From the NCBI GenBank assembly GCA_031268125.1, contig JAIRXT010000206.1:1-51302 (forward strand): 51,302 nucleotides of DNA. The letters are read 5' to 3'. Positions 17,471-28,132 of the stretch are shown here, in pieces. The notes beneath the pieces are model-generated. The model was not told the DNA's origin and did not search any database. It saw nothing but the letters and a program-made list of their open reading frames with translations. The DNA is from Treponema sp. Lineage in GTDB: Bacteria; Spirochaetota; Spirochaetia; Treponematales; Breznakiellaceae. The position numbers and the translations under genes are program-made. Position 1 is the stretch's first letter, and each line of letters starts with the position of its first letter.

Positions 17471-17866
17471 CTATCTTGTATTGATAATATCCTTCCAGCC
17501 CTGAACCAGACGGCTTAAAATATTGCGGGTAATATCCAGGGACATGCTTGCCTTGGCCTGGGCAATGGTCAGATCGTGAATGTCCACCGAATCCGGTTCG
17601 GTAATAGCTTTTTGCGCCAATTCGCCGGCAAAGACATCCGCCGCCGACACCTGATCCAAAGCCCGGAGCATGGATTCCTCAAAAGACCCCGCCCGGGTTA
17701 CCGCCCCCGCGCCGGTAATATTTTCAAGGCCGATAACGCTTTCCCCCGTTTTCCCGGTAAAACCGCCCGCCCTGGTAAAGGCATCGGCGCTCATGTGTTT
17801 TTCGTGGGTAAGCCTCATGGCCAGGTAATCACCGCCTGCCATGTTGATACTTGTTACACTCATCAT
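17471..17866 (-). CDS. fliE: Flagellar hook-basal body protein FliE
   Basis: C-terminal FliE block DIHDLTIAQAKASMSLDITRNILSRLVQGWKDIIN. Lies between flgC and fliF. GGGGAGGG Shine-Dalgarno. Confidence 0.85.
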   Translation of the reverse strand: MMSVTSINMAGGDYLAMRLTHEKHMSADAFTRAGGFTGKTGESVIGLENITGAGAVTRAGSFEESMLRALDQVSAADVFAGELAQKAITEPDSVDIHDLTIAQAKASMSLDITRNILSRLVQGWKDIINTR

Positions 17867-17896
17867 TCCCTCCCCTTCATTTTATTGCGGCGGCTG

Positions 17897-18358
17897 TTAC
17901 CGGCCGCCTATTTCAAGGGCCCGCTGAAACATCGACTTAGATCCGTCAATGATCGAGGCATTGGCCTCGTAAGCCCGGCCCGCGGCAATAAGATCAACCA
18001 TCTCGGTAACAATATCTACGTTGGGCATTTCCACATAACCTTCCCTGGGTCCCGACTTAATCGCGTCGGGGTGGGTCGGATCGTAGACCAGCTTGTTTTC
18101 CGATGTGGTATCCTTTTGTATCTCAAGGACCCGCACCCCCTTTCCCGTGCCGTTATCCAGAGAATCGGGCAAAAACGGGGATCGCCAATAGGGACCCTCG
18201 GTAACGGGCCGCATAATCACCCGGCTCCGGCGGTAGGGCCCCCCTTCGCTGGTACGGGTAGTGGACGCGTTGGCAATGTTATCCGCGATTACATCGTGGC
18301 GGAGCCGCTCGGCGCTCATCCCCGTGGCGGCAATGCTGATCGAATTAAAAATTCCCAT
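17897..18358 (-). CDS. flgC: Flagellar basal-body rod protein FlgC
   Basis: MGIFNSISIAATGMSAERLRHDVIADNIANASTTRT, and the C-terminal YEANASIIDGSKSMFQRALEIG. Confidence 0.93.
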   Translation of the reverse strand: MGIFNSISIAATGMSAERLRHDVIADNIANASTTRTSEGGPYRRSRVIMRPVTEGPYWRSPFLPDSLDNGTGKGVRVLEIQKDTTSENKLVYDPTHPDAIKSGPREGYVEMPNVDIVTEMVDLIAAGRAYEANASIIDGSKSMFQRALEIGGR

Positions 18359-18377
18359 ATACGTTCCCCCTTATAGA

Positions 18378-18794
18378 TTACCGCAGAGCCCTGCTTACCT
18401 GGTCAAATTCAAAAGCCGCCGCCTGGGCCAGCAGGGTATAACTCATCTGATTTTCCAAAGCCCCCATCAGTTCCTGTTCAGGGTCCACATTGTTCCCGTT
18501 AGTATTATAGGTCGTGGTATAGTCCAAAACCCGCCGCGGCTGTACGTCCCGGTAATCCTGTTCCCGCCAGTTGGAGATATGCCTTGGATCGGTCAGGTTC
18601 AGTTCCAGGGCGGGCCGGTTTTTTCCGGTGTCCAGCGCCCGCTTCAGTTCGGACTCGAAGTTCACCACCTGCCGCTTGTAGTCGGAAACCTGGGAATTGC
18701 TCATGTTATGGGCAATCACATCCCGGCGGATAAGGCTGGCATCCATAGCCCGGTGCAGAAGATCTACCGTTTTTTCAAAATTATTCGTTATCAT
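18378..18794 (-). CDS. flgB: Flagellar basal-body rod protein FlgB
   Basis: RRDVIAHNMSNSQVSDYKRQ rod N-terminal motif. First gene of the flgB-fliJ block. Confidence 0.9.
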   Translation of the reverse strand: MITNNFEKTVDLLHRAMDASLIRRDVIAHNMSNSQVSDYKRQVVNFESELKRALDTGKNRPALELNLTDPRHISNWREQDYRDVQPRRVLDYTTTYNTNGNNVDPEQELMGALENQMSYTLLAQAAAFEFDQVSRALR

Positions 18795-18840
18795 GGTTCC
18801 GGTCCTCCCCTTTGATCATCGGCCCGTTTTTCGTTCCGGT

Positions 18841-20394
18841 TTAGAGTATATACCTGCCTAAATCCTGATCCTTCACTATCCCGGCAAGTTTTTCATCAAC
18901 ATACTCCGGGGTAACGGATATTACCGCCGGGGCAATGTCGGGCGCCTCAAACGAAAGCTCCTCCAGCAGGGCTTCCATGATTGTATGCAGCCTCCGGGCC
19001 CCGATATTTTCCAGCCGGGAGTTTACATCCGCCGCCAGGGCGGCAAGCCGCTTTATGGCGTCGGGACTAAAGTTAATCTGGATTCCCTCGGTGGCAAGAA
19101 GCCCGACGTACTGTTTGGTCAGGGCGTTTTTGGGTTCCGTAAGGATCTGCAAAAATTCCTCTTCTCCCAGAGAATCCAGTTCCACCCTGAGGGGAAAACG
19201 GCCCTGTAATTCGGGGATCAGGTCCGAAGGCTTGCTGATATTAAAGGCCCCCGCGGCAATAAAGAGGATATGGCTGGTATTCACCGGCCCCCACTTGGTA
19301 TTGACCGTGGCCCCTTCCACAATCGGGAGGATGTCCCGCTGCACTCCTTCACGGCTTACATCGGGACCGCCGCGCTGGCCTTTGACCGCAATTTTATCAA
19401 TTTCGTCAATAAAAACGATTCCCGTTTCTTCCACCCGCTGCCGGGCTTCGTCGCTTACCCTGTCCCAATCGATAAGTTTTTCCGCTTCTTCGTTGATCAG
19501 AACCTCCCGGGCCCGTTTAACGCTGAGGACCTTGTTCTTCTGAGTCCCCCCCAGGACGCTGACCAGTTCGGAAATACTGGTTCCAAAATCACCCATGCCG
19601 GCCATCATGTCCATTCCGGGAAGCTGGGGAGTTTGGCTGACCGAAATTTCCACGGTGCGATCCTCCAGCTTTCCTTCCCGGAGCATGGCCCTGAGTTTTT
19701 CCCGGGTAGACCTGTCCTTTTCGACGGTCTCCTTGCTGGGCCCCGCTTCGGCGGCTTCGGGAACAGCCTCCGCCTGGGGCGGGTTTTCACTGTTCGCCGA
19801 ATGCTTAAAAATAGGTATGCCTACCTGAATAGCCGCCCCCATAATCCCCGGCTCCCCGGGATTGTTGATGGAGAAGGGGCGGACCATGGAACTGGGCTTT
19901 GGTTTTGTTTCCCGGTTTTTTTTACCGGGCAGCAGAAGATCCAGCAGGGCTTCTTCCGCCCTTTTTTCCGCCTCCACTTTTACCTTTTCCTGCATCTCCT
20001 GTTTCACCATTTGGAAACCGACGGCCGCAAGGTCCCGAATCATGGATTCCACATCCCGGCCCACATAGCCTACTTCGGTATACTTGGTGGCCTCTACCTT
20101 GATGAACGGGGAAAGGACCAGTTTCGCGAGCCGGCGGGCAATTTCGGTTTTCCCCACCCCTGTGGGACCGATCATGAGGATGTTCTTGGGGGTAATATCT
20201 TCCCGCATATCCGGGTCCAGCTTGAGCCGCCTGACCCGGTTCCTCAGGGCCACCGCCACCGCCCGTTTGGCCTTTTTCTGCCCTACGATATACTTATCCA
20301 GTTCCGCTACAATTTCCCGGGGCGAAAGTCCTTCCCCCCGCAGAGCTGTCTTATCCGCGTCCGTCCGGTTTTCTATTACGATCTTATCTCCCAT
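18841..20394 (-). CDS. hslU: ATP-dependent protease ATPase subunit HslU (long I-domain)
   Basis: Walker A GPTGVGKTEIARRLA, Walker B IVFIDEIDKI, C-terminal IGARRLHTIMEALLEE. ATG at 20394 with an AAGGTAAGG Shine-Dalgarno is preferred over the longest ORF (20442). Confidence 0.93.
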   Translation of the reverse strand: MGDKIVIENRTDADKTALRGEGLSPREIVAELDKYIVGQKKAKRAVAVALRNRVRRLKLDPDMREDITPKNILMIGPTGVGKTEIARRLAKLVLSPFIKVEATKYTEVGYVGRDVESMIRDLAAVGFQMVKQEMQEKVKVEAEKRAEEALLDLLLPGKKNRETKPKPSSMVRPFSINNPGEPGIMGAAIQVGIPIFKHSANSENPPQAEAVPEAAEAGPSKETVEKDRSTREKLRAMLREGKLEDRTVEISVSQTPQLPGMDMMAGMGDFGTSISELVSVLGGTQKNKVLSVKRAREVLINEEAEKLIDWDRVSDEARQRVEETGIVFIDEIDKIAVKGQRGGPDVSREGVQRDILPIVEGATVNTKWGPVNTSHILFIAAGAFNISKPSDLIPELQGRFPLRVELDSLGEEEFLQILTEPKNALTKQYVGLLATEGIQINFSPDAIKRLAALAADVNSRLENIGARRLHTIMEALLEELSFEAPDIAPAVISVTPEYVDEKLAGIVKDQDLGRYIL

Positions 20395-20457
20395 TATGAC
20401 AACCTTACCTTTGTGCGGCCGGAGGCCGTACCGCAAAATCAAACATAAAACACAGCT

Positions 20458-21027
20458 TCATGACAACTCCTCCACGACGATCTGCCCGTTGGTATAGATA
20501 CAGATGTTACCCGCGATACCGAGACTCTTTTTTGCAATTTCCACGGCGGAAAAATTGCTCCCTTCCAGATAAGCCAGGGCCGCGGCATAGGCATAGTTCC
20601 CCCCGGAGCCGATGGCAAGGGCATCCTGCTCCGGTTCAATCACATCCCCGGTCCCGGATACAAGCAGGGTAGCGGTAATATCCGCCGCCAAAAGCAGGGC
20701 TTCCAGCCGCCGCAGGGTCCGGTCGGTCCGCCAGTCTTTGGCAAGTTCCACGGCCGCCCTGCGGAGATCCCCGGAGTACTCCTTGAGCTTTTCCTCAAAA
20801 CGGTCAAACAACGTAAAAGCATCGGCGGTGGCGCCGGCAAAACCGCAGAGGACCTTTCCGTCTGAAAGACGGCGTACCTTACGGGCGTTGTTCTTCATCA
20901 CCGTCTCTCCCATCGTTACCTGTCCGTCTCCGGCCATAGCAACTTTGCCGTCACGACGTACTACCAGTACCGTAGTAGATCGTATCTGCGTATCCCTGTT
21001 TTTCTTCACTCTCCGCTCCTCCCGCAT
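20458..21027 (-). CDS. hslV: ATP-dependent protease subunit HslV with N-terminal extension
   Basis: [21 protein letters not shown] and [13 protein letters not shown]. 10-17 residues precede the catalytic Thr-Thr, depending on an ATG (21027) or GTG (21009) start. Confidence 0.9.
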   Translation of the reverse strand: MREERRVKKNRDTQIRSTTVLVVRRDGKVAMAGDGQVTMGETVMKNNARKVRRLSDGKVLCGFAGATADAFTLFDRFEEKLKEYSGDLRRAAVELAKDWRTDRTLRRLEALLLAADITATLLVSGTGDVIEPEQDALAIGSGGNYAYAAALAYLEGSNFSAVEIAKKSLGIAGNICIYTNGQIVVEELS

Positions 21028-21966
21028 CTAACCATGCGGATGTGCCTTTGCGTAAACTTTCTTGAGCCGTTCAATATCCACATGGGTATAGCGCTGGGTA
21101 GTAGAAATACTGGCATGACCCAGAAGTTCCTGTACCACCCTTACATCGCAGCCCGAATTTACCAAATGTGTAGCAAAACTATGGCGTAGGCTGTGCGGGT
21201 GGATATGTTTACCCAGACCGGAACGCTCCGCGTATTTGGTGATAATCCACCGTACACCGGGAACCGAAATGGCCCCGCCGTTACGGTTGACAAACAGCTT
21301 ATCTACAGGATTCTTCTTGTCCGCCTTGATTCGATTCTGACGCTCCGGCAGATAGACCGCAAGGGCGTCCCGTGCCTCATCGGAAAAAAATACAAAGCGC
21401 TCCTTGTTCCCCTTGCCGATAACCCGTCCGCCCCCCAGGCCCGGCTCAAGTTTGGGCAGGGAAAGGGAAACCAGTTCGGAGATCCGAAGCCCCGCGGAAT
21501 ACATGGTCAGGATCAGGGCCTTATCCCTGGCAGGCCACAGAATCCCTGCGGTTTCGGGAAGCACGGCGAACCGGGCCATTTCCGGTTCCCAGAGAAAGCT
21601 GGGCAGACTCTGGGGACTCTTGAGGTTCCGCAGGGTACTGCAGGGGTTGTCCTGCCGGCGGCCAAAGCGGACCAGCCAGCGGTAGAAGCCCCGGATGGAA
21701 GACAGCGCCCGGTTCACGCTTACCGCTGCGGCCCCTTCCGCGCTTTGATCGGCAATAAAACCCCGCAGTTCCCTGACACTCAGCGCCTCAGGATTCAGGC
21801 AGAGATTGGCGCAATAATTGACAAAATGGGCCAGATCCTTCCTGTACGCTTCGATAGTCCGGTCCGATATTCCCCGTACCGCCTTCAAGTAAGAAAGGTA
21901 TTCCTGGGTTACAGCGTTCTCCGCAGGGGGAAGACCAGCGCCTTGATCCGCATTATTCTTCATCAT
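21028..21966 (-). CDS. xerC: Tyrosine recombinase XerC (CodV-like)
   Basis: HPHSLRHSFATHLVNSGCDVRVVQELLGHASISTTQRYTHV catalytic box. N-terminal SAM-like domain (YLSYLKAVRGISDRTIEAYRKDL). ATG at 21966 preferred. Confidence 0.88.
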   Translation of the reverse strand: MMKNNADQGAGLPPAENAVTQEYLSYLKAVRGISDRTIEAYRKDLAHFVNYCANLCLNPEALSVRELRGFIADQSAEGAAAVSVNRALSSIRGFYRWLVRFGRRQDNPCSTLRNLKSPQSLPSFLWEPEMARFAVLPETAGILWPARDKALILTMYSAGLRISELVSLSLPKLEPGLGGGRVIGKGNKERFVFFSDEARDALAVYLPERQNRIKADKKNPVDKLFVNRNGGAISVPGVRWIITKYAERSGLGKHIHPHSLRHSFATHLVNSGCDVRVVQELLGHASISTTQRYTHVDIERLKKVYAKAHPHG

Positions 21967-24166
21967 TTTTACCGCCTTCCCCGGTATCGGCGCTTTCCAA
22001 GTCCCCGTCATCGCTGTGAAGATAATCACACTCAGGATTGATGCAGGCCTTGTGGTAGCCGTCTTTCTTGTCGTACTTTTCTACCAGGAACTGGCCGCAC
22101 TTGGGACAGTCCTGGTTAATGGGTTTATAGTGGCTGATAAAATCACAATCCGGATAATTTGTACAACCGTAAAATTCCTTGCCCCTGCCCCGGTTTTTCC
22201 GGGCCACAACATCGCCGCCGCATTTGGGACACTTTGCCAGCGGGATAGATTTAGTATTTCTGCACTCGGGAAAACCGGAACAGGCAAGGAAGAATCCAAA
22301 ACGGCCCAATTTTTTTATCATGGGTTTTCCGCATTTTTCGCAGACATAATCGGTGGGCTCGTCCAGGGAGCCCTTGTAGGATTCCAGAGTCCTCCCCACC
22401 GTATCCAGGCGGTCCTTAAAAGGGTCCCAAAATTCCCGAATCATGTCCGGCCACTTGATGGCGCTGTCTTCCACTTCGTCAAGTTTGTTTTCCATATCGG
22501 CGGTAAAGGCGGCATCCACATAATGGGGAAAATATTCTACCAGCATATCATTTATCAGCCTGCCCAGAATCGTGGGAACAAGCTGCTTGTTGGACCGGGT
22601 TACGTAGTAGCGATCCAAAAGTACCGAAATTATCGGCGCGTAGGTAGAAGGCCGGCCGATGCCTTTTTCTTCCAGAACCCGCACGATGGACGCGTCGCTG
22701 TACCGGGGCGGTCCCTGGGTAAAGTGCTGTTCGGGGTGGAATTTATCCACCTTCACCTTGTCGCCGGTCTTGAGCGGCGGGCAGGGATTGCCCTTTTCAT
22801 CTTTACCGGACAAAAGCTTGATGACCTTGTAAAATCCCTTTTCAATAAGTTTGGTCCCCGTGATCCTGAACAGCGCCTCCCCTGCGGCAATATCAACGCT
22901 CAGGGCGCGGTTTTTGGCATTGGTCATCTGACTGGAAACAAAACGTTCCCAAATAATTGTGTAGAGCCGCAGTTGATCCCGGCCCAAATATTCTTTTATT
23001 GAATCGGGGGTATAGTTCACAAAAGTAGGCCGAATCGCCTCGTGGGCATCCTGGGCTTTTTTCCCCACCGAATATACGTTTGGCTTTTCAGGAAGTTCAC
23101 CGGGATAGTTCTTGCCCAGCCAGTCCCGCAGATCGTCAAGGGCAGTCTGGGATACCCGCACCGAATCGGTACGCATATAGGTAATAAGCCCGACACGGGA
23201 AGCGCCGAGGTTAATTCCTTCATACAACTGCTGGGCCACCTGCATAGTCTTGCGGGCCGTAAAACCCAGACGGTTGGCCGCGGTCTGCTGCATCTGGCTG
23301 GTAGTAAAGGGAGGCCGGGGCCGCACGATCCTGTCGGTTTCCCGGACTTCCTGAACCACACATTCGGCATCCTTGATTTCCGCGATAATTTTTTCGACAG
23401 AATCTTCGCTTTTTAGATCCGGTTTAAGACCCTGCCAGTTTACCAGTTGGGCGGTAAAATTTGCCCGGCCAACTTTAAAATCCGCGTCCAGAGTCCAGTA
23501 TTCTTCCGGGGTAAAAGATTCTACTTCCTTTTCCCGCTCGCAGATTATCCGCAGAGCCACGGACTGCACCCGTCCCGCAGAAAGGCCGTTCTTTACCTTT
23601 TTCCACAGCAGCGGTGAAAGATTGTAACCCACCAGACGATCCAAAACCCGCCGGGCCTTTTGCGCGTTCACCAGGTCTTCGTTAATATCCTGGGGTTTAA
23701 TCACCGCGTCCAAAACAACCTGGGGGGTAATTTCGTTAATACTGATCCGCCGGACGGGGACCTTGTCGGTCTTTGCTGAAATGGCATTCCGCAAATGCCA
23801 GGCAATGGCCTCCCCCTCCCGGTCCGGGTCGCTGGCCAGGAGAACCATACCGGATTTTTTCGCATCCCCCTGGAGTTCCTTCAAAAGTTTTGAGCGGCCC
23901 CTGACGGTAATATATTCAGGCTCAAAATTATGATCCACATCAATGGCAAGCCGGGACTTGGGCAGATCAATTAAATGGCCTATACAGGCTTTTACGATAT
24001 AACCGGACCCAAGAATTTTCTGAACCGTCTCCGCCTTGTGGGGAGATTCCATAATAATAAGGGTCTTTTTTTCAGGCGTCTTACCGGCTTTCTTGGGGGC
24101 CTTGCGGGGAACGGTCTTCTTGGGCCTGGTAGTTTCAGTTTTACTGTTTTTTGTTTTTACTGCCAT
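21953..24166 (-). CDS. topA: DNA topoisomerase I
   Basis: TOPRIM (LIIMESPHKAE, DPDREGEAIAWHL), active-site Tyr region GLITYMRTDS, and three C-terminal C4 zinc ribbons. Confidence 0.95.
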   Translation of the reverse strand: MAVKTKNSKTETTRPKKTVPRKAPKKAGKTPEKKTLIIMESPHKAETVQKILGSGYIVKACIGHLIDLPKSRLAIDVDHNFEPEYITVRGRSKLLKELQGDAKKSGMVLLASDPDREGEAIAWHLRNAISAKTDKVPVRRISINEITPQVVLDAVIKPQDINEDLVNAQKARRVLDRLVGYNLSPLLWKKVKNGLSAGRVQSVALRIICEREKEVESFTPEEYWTLDADFKVGRANFTAQLVNWQGLKPDLKSEDSVEKIIAEIKDAECVVQEVRETDRIVRPRPPFTTSQMQQTAANRLGFTARKTMQVAQQLYEGINLGASRVGLITYMRTDSVRVSQTALDDLRDWLGKNYPGELPEKPNVYSVGKKAQDAHEAIRPTFVNYTPDSIKEYLGRDQLRLYTIIWERFVSSQMTNAKNRALSVDIAAGEALFRITGTKLIEKGFYKVIKLLSGKDEKGNPCPPLKTGDKVKVDKFHPEQHFTQGPPRYSDASIVRVLEEKGIGRPSTYAPIISVLLDRYYVTRSNKQLVPTILGRLINDMLVEYFPHYVDAAFTADMENKLDEVEDSAIKWPDMIREFWDPFKDRLDTVGRTLESYKGSLDEPTDYVCEKCGKPMIKKLGRFGFFLACSGFPECRNTKSIPLAKCPKCGGDVVARKNRGRGKEFYGCTNYPDCDFISHYKPINQDCPKCGQFLVEKYDKKDGYHKACINPECDYLHSDDGDLESADTGEGGKNDEE

Positions 24167-24205
24167 TCAGTTTTTCCTTACAAACCGGATAAAATCATAC
24201 GGGCT

Positions 24206-25147
24206 TTACCGTATCACCAACCGCCGGGCCAGAGAATCGGCAAGCGCCCTGCCGGCAGAACCGGCCTCATTGCGGGACTCTTTTTTCTCCTCAAGGCCCC
24301 ACTCTTGTAATATATCAGAAGCGGAGGAAATAATCTTAGCCCCGTCTTCCACAAGACGGGCGGTTCCCTCGGCTTCCAGACCCGCGGATGCAACCCAGAG
24401 ATCCCGTCCCTGTTCCAGGGCCAGGCGGGCGGTTATCAGGGCGCCTGATTTGGCGGGGGCCTCCGCGATCAGAGTCCCCCGGGACATGGCGGAAATGATC
24501 CGGTTCCGGGCGGGGAAATGCCACTTTTGGGGCTTTGTCCCCGGGGGATATTCCGAAAAAATCGCTCCGCCTCCCTCCAAAATTTTCCGGGCCAATAAAC
24601 GATTCGAGGAAGGGTAAATTTCATCGGCCCCGGAACCCAGGATCGCATAGGTCCCGGCCCCTCCCTCCAAATTTCCCCGGTGGGCCATAGCGTCAATGCC
24701 CAGGGCAAGTCCCGAGACCACCGAAATACCCTGGACCCCAAGGGAACGGCTTATATCAAAGGCCGCCTTCAAGGCCGGCCCGCGGGGTTTCCGGGTTCCA
24801 ACCACGGAGACCATCGGCTTGTCTCCGTCAGGCAGGGCGCCCCGGTAAAACAGCAGGGCCGGCGGATCGTAGATCTCCCGAAGCAGCGGCGGATAGGATG
24901 CCGACACCAGGGATACCCATTGGATACCCCGCTTCACCGCGTTTGCGGCATCCCGTTCCGCGGAAAAACGAACCGCATCCATACCGCCGAACCCTTTAAG
25001 GGGACGGCCGGTCAGGACCTCCAGATCACGATCCGACAGGCGAATCAGATCGTCTTCCCCGCAGAGTTTTTTACAAAGTTCCCCCCGCTCCACCGGCTTC
25101 AGGCCGGGAATACGGATTATCATCAGATCAAGCAGACCGCGGTCCAT
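24206..25147 (-). CDS. dprA: DNA-processing protein DprA (Smf)
   Basis: VSVVGTRKPRG, VVSGLALGIDAMAHRGNL and SEYPPGTKPQKWHFPARNRIISAMS. Confidence 0.9.
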   Translation of the reverse strand: MDRGLLDLMIIRIPGLKPVERGELCKKLCGEDDLIRLSDRDLEVLTGRPLKGFGGMDAVRFSAERDAANAVKRGIQWVSLVSASYPPLLREIYDPPALLFYRGALPDGDKPMVSVVGTRKPRGPALKAAFDISRSLGVQGISVVSGLALGIDAMAHRGNLEGGAGTYAILGSGADEIYPSSNRLLARKILEGGGAIFSEYPPGTKPQKWHFPARNRIISAMSRGTLIAEAPAKSGALITARLALEQGRDLWVASAGLEAEGTARLVEDGAKIISSASDILQEWGLEEKKESRNEAGSAGRALADSLARRLVIR

Positions 25148-25899
25148 TATCTCATCTGTCCTAAAACATAGTCCCGGTTATTCCGGGCTTCCGTTTTTTG
25201 GGTAGAATCCTTCGTAGACACTATAATACGGTCGTAGAGATCCACCGCTTTCTCGTAAGAAACGGTCATATAATACGCGCGGGCCAGGGCAAACATGGCG
25301 TCCACATCCCGCTCCATAAGTTCCAGATATTTTTCCAGATGGGGAATTGCTTCCTGGGGACGGTCCAGCTCAAAAGTATAAAGTATCCCCAGGCCATAGC
25401 GGGGCTTGGCGTAACCATTGTCAAGTTCAATAGCCCGCTGGTAAGCCCGCTCGGCCATAGCAAAGTAATGATCCCTTTCAGCCTGAATTCCTGCCGAAGA
25501 TGAAAACCCCAGCGAATTTTTCGCCACGATGGCGGCGGAAACTCCGGTAAGATAAAACGGGGTCGGGTCTTCGCCGTTGTAACGGATCGACATATCAAGC
25601 GCATCAAGCGCATCCCGGTGCATCCCCCGGTCGGCCAGCCGCACCGCCAGTATTTTCCAGTAAGCGCCGGTTTTGGCGGCGTCCCGCGCGTGTTCTTCGA
25701 CAGCTTCCCCGTAAATAGCGATGGCTTTACGGAGTCCGTCAATTGTATCGGGAGTTCCCCCCCGGGGACTCAATTCCGCAACGCGTCTGGCCAGTTTGTA
25801 ACTGCTTTTTTGCCGTTCAATAAAATACAGCCCCAGGATTACGCCGGCAATCGCAAGGAATACCACCAGAGCCGTTATCTTTTGCCGGTTTCCTTTCAT
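25147..25899 (-). CDS. Membrane-anchored TPR-repeat protein
   Basis: N-terminal TM (ITALVVFLAIAGVILGLYF) followed by TPR-like helical repeats (AERAYQRAIELDNGYAKPRYGLGILY...). Overlaps both the xerD and dprA genes. Confidence 0.65.
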   Translation of the reverse strand: MKGNRQKITALVVFLAIAGVILGLYFIERQKSSYKLARRVAELSPRGGTPDTIDGLRKAIAIYGEAVEEHARDAAKTGAYWKILAVRLADRGMHRDALDALDMSIRYNGEDPTPFYLTGVSAAIVAKNSLGFSSSAGIQAERDHYFAMAERAYQRAIELDNGYAKPRYGLGILYTFELDRPQEAIPHLEKYLELMERDVDAMFALARAYYMTVSYEKAVDLYDRIIVSTKDSTQKTEARNNRDYVLGQMR

Positions 25900-26834
25900 G
25901 TTTTTATCTCCCGCCGGGCTTCCCCCAGATTGGGCAGGAATTTCCGGTGGCTTTCCCTGAGCAGGGAAACATTCACATGGGTATAAATCTGGGTAGTCGC
26001 CAGATCACTGTGCCCCAGCAGTTCCTGTACGGAACGAAGATCCGCTCCGCCGGAAAGCAGTTCGGTAGCAAAACTGTGCCGCAGCGCGTGGAGATGGGAA
26101 CTGGTCCCCGCCAGGGAAGTAAGGCGGGCGTAGTTTTTCCATATCCCCTTCCGGGATAAACGCTTCCCGGAACGGCCGACAAACAGGGCCCGGCTGTGCT
26201 GATGTCTTACAAGCATCGGCCGGGACTCCTTCAAATAACGCCGCAGCCAGAACGTAGCCACATCCCCAAAAATCACCAGCCGTTCTTTGTTTCCCTTACC
26301 CTTCACCCGGGCAATTCCGCCTCCCGAAGCGCCGGACCCGGGTTCCGGTAAATCAAGGTCCCGCAGGTCCAGGGACACCGCCTCCGAAACCCGGATACCC
26401 GCAGAATAGATAAACTCAAAGATGGTCCGGTCCCGCAGGCCCAGGGGAGTTTCACTGTTCACCACGTTAAGAAGACGTTCCACGGTTTCCCGGGAAAGTA
26501 CCTCCGGCAGACGCAGGGGCTGCCGGGGCATTTCCAAAACGGAGGCAGGGTTATCGGTCCGGATCGACTCATCCATAGTGAAGCGGAAAAAAGATCTCAG
26601 CGCGGAGATCGCCTTTGCGGTAGACCGGGAATCGATGCGATCGATCTTCCGGCGTTTATCCAGATACCTGGACAGACCGGAAGAATCTACCAAATCCAGT
26701 TTCAGTCCTTCTGCGGCAAGCCAGTCCAGAAAACGCCGGGCCTCCGTCCGGTATGTTTCCGCCGTCAACGGGGAACGGCGTTCCTGGGCAATAAGCCGTG
26801 AGTAAAACTGATCGTACAATGCCGTGCCTGCCAC
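25896..26834 (-). CDS. xerD: Tyrosine recombinase XerD
   Basis: HLHALRHSFATELLSGGADLRSVQELLGHSDLATTQIYTHV. N-terminal phage-integrase SAM-like domain. Confidence 0.88.
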   Translation of the reverse strand: MAGTALYDQFYSRLIAQERRSPLTAETYRTEARRFLDWLAAEGLKLDLVDSSGLSRYLDKRRKIDRIDSRSTAKAISALRSFFRFTMDESIRTDNPASVLEMPRQPLRLPEVLSRETVERLLNVVNSETPLGLRDRTIFEFIYSAGIRVSEAVSLDLRDLDLPEPGSGASGGGIARVKGKGNKERLVIFGDVATFWLRRYLKESRPMLVRHQHSRALFVGRSGKRLSRKGIWKNYARLTSLAGTSSHLHALRHSFATELLSGGADLRSVQELLGHSDLATTQIYTHVNVSLLRESHRKFLPNLGEARREIKT

Positions 26835-26837
26835 TCC

Positions 26838-28043
26838 TTATGAACCTTCCGCATTGAATAAATCAGAATTCAACTGGGAATACCTTGAAGGCTGACGAAT
26901 AACGGCAGGAACATCCAGATCTTCTTCGGAGTAGGCGCCGTTCCGGCGGGAAAGAAAATCGGCTTGTTTGACGGTAGAACGATCCCGAATTTTCTGCCAT
27001 TCGTTAATATCGATAAAATCGGTTTCCCGGGGTTTTACCGGTTCACCGGCGGCGCCGGATTTTTCATGCTGCGAATTCTTGCTGCTAAAACCGGTGGCAA
27101 CAACGGTAACCCGCAGGTTATCCTCCAGTTTTGGATCCAGGGTAACGCCGTGAATCACCACGACGTTGGGATCAGCATTATTGCGGATAATATTGATTAC
27201 CTCATCAAGCTCCATCAGGGAAAGATCGGCGTTACCCGCCACGTTTACCAGAATACGGGTGGCCCCCTCGATGGTGGTTGCCTCCAGCAGGGGATTGTCG
27301 ATGGCCTTTCTCGCCGCCTCGGCGGCACGGTTTTCCCCCGCGCCGAAACCAATGCCCATCAAGGCATCCCCCTGATTTTTCATCGTGGATTCCACATCCG
27401 CAAAGTCTATGTTGACAAGTCCGGGCTGGGTAATTAGATCGGATATACCCTGCACCCCCTGGCGAAGCACGTCGTCGGCTATCAGATAAGACTGAACCAG
27501 AGGAGTCTTCCGGTCCACCATGTTAAGTAATTGCTGATTCGGAATGGTAATCAGGGTATCCACCGCGTCCCGCAGTTTTTTGATCCCCTCTTCCGCCAGA
27601 GTCATCTTATAGGCCCCTTCAAAATTAAAGGGCTTGGTTACTACCCCGACGGTCAATGCCCCTTCTTCCCTGGCGGCCTTGGCGATAACCGGAGCGGCTC
27701 CCGTCCCGGTACCGCCGCCCATACCGGCGGTAACAAAAACCATATCGGCGCCTTTCACGTGTTCCCGGATCAGATCAAAATCTTCGTTTGCCGCCTTCTC
27801 GCCTTTGTCCGGATTTCCTCCGGCTCCCCTGCCGCCGGTCAGTTTCTGACCAATTTGCAGTTTTACCGGGGCCATGCTTTTTTCGGCCAGATCCTGCAGA
27901 TCCGTATTGACAGAAATAAACTCGACGCCTTTTAAGCCGCATTCAATCATCCGGTTTACCGCATTGGTACCGCCGCCGCCCGCACCGATAACCTTGATCA
28001 TCGCCGGCGCAGGACCATACTCCTCATGAACCACAATATTCAT
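26838..28043 (-). CDS. ftsZ: Cell division protein FtsZ
   Basis: [17 protein letters not shown] and the tubulin signature [19 protein letters not shown] at 28043 with a GGGAGA Shine-Dalgarno is preferred over the GTG at 28094. Confidence 0.95.
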   Translation of the reverse strand: MNIVVHEEYGPAPAMIKVIGAGGGGTNAVNRMIECGLKGVEFISVNTDLQDLAEKSMAPVKLQIGQKLTGGRGAGGNPDKGEKAANEDFDLIREHVKGADMVFVTAGMGGGTGTGAAPVIAKAAREEGALTVGVVTKPFNFEGAYKMTLAEEGIKKLRDAVDTLITIPNQQLLNMVDRKTPLVQSYLIADDVLRQGVQGISDLITQPGLVNIDFADVESTMKNQGDALMGIGFGAGENRAAEAARKAIDNPLLEATTIEGATRILVNVAGNADLSLMELDEVINIIRNNADPNVVVIHGVTLDPKLEDNLRVTVVATGFSSKNSQHEKSGAAGEPVKPRETDFIDINEWQKIRDRSTVKQADFLSRRNGAYSEEDLDVPAVIRQPSRYSQLNSDLFNAEGS

Positions 28044-28132
28044 TTTAGGTCTCCCAAATCTTTTTAGGCAATTTTCCCATGCCCAAGGTAACACTGCCGC
28101 CGGATTCGGTTAACCCGTCCGGCGCAGGTCCG

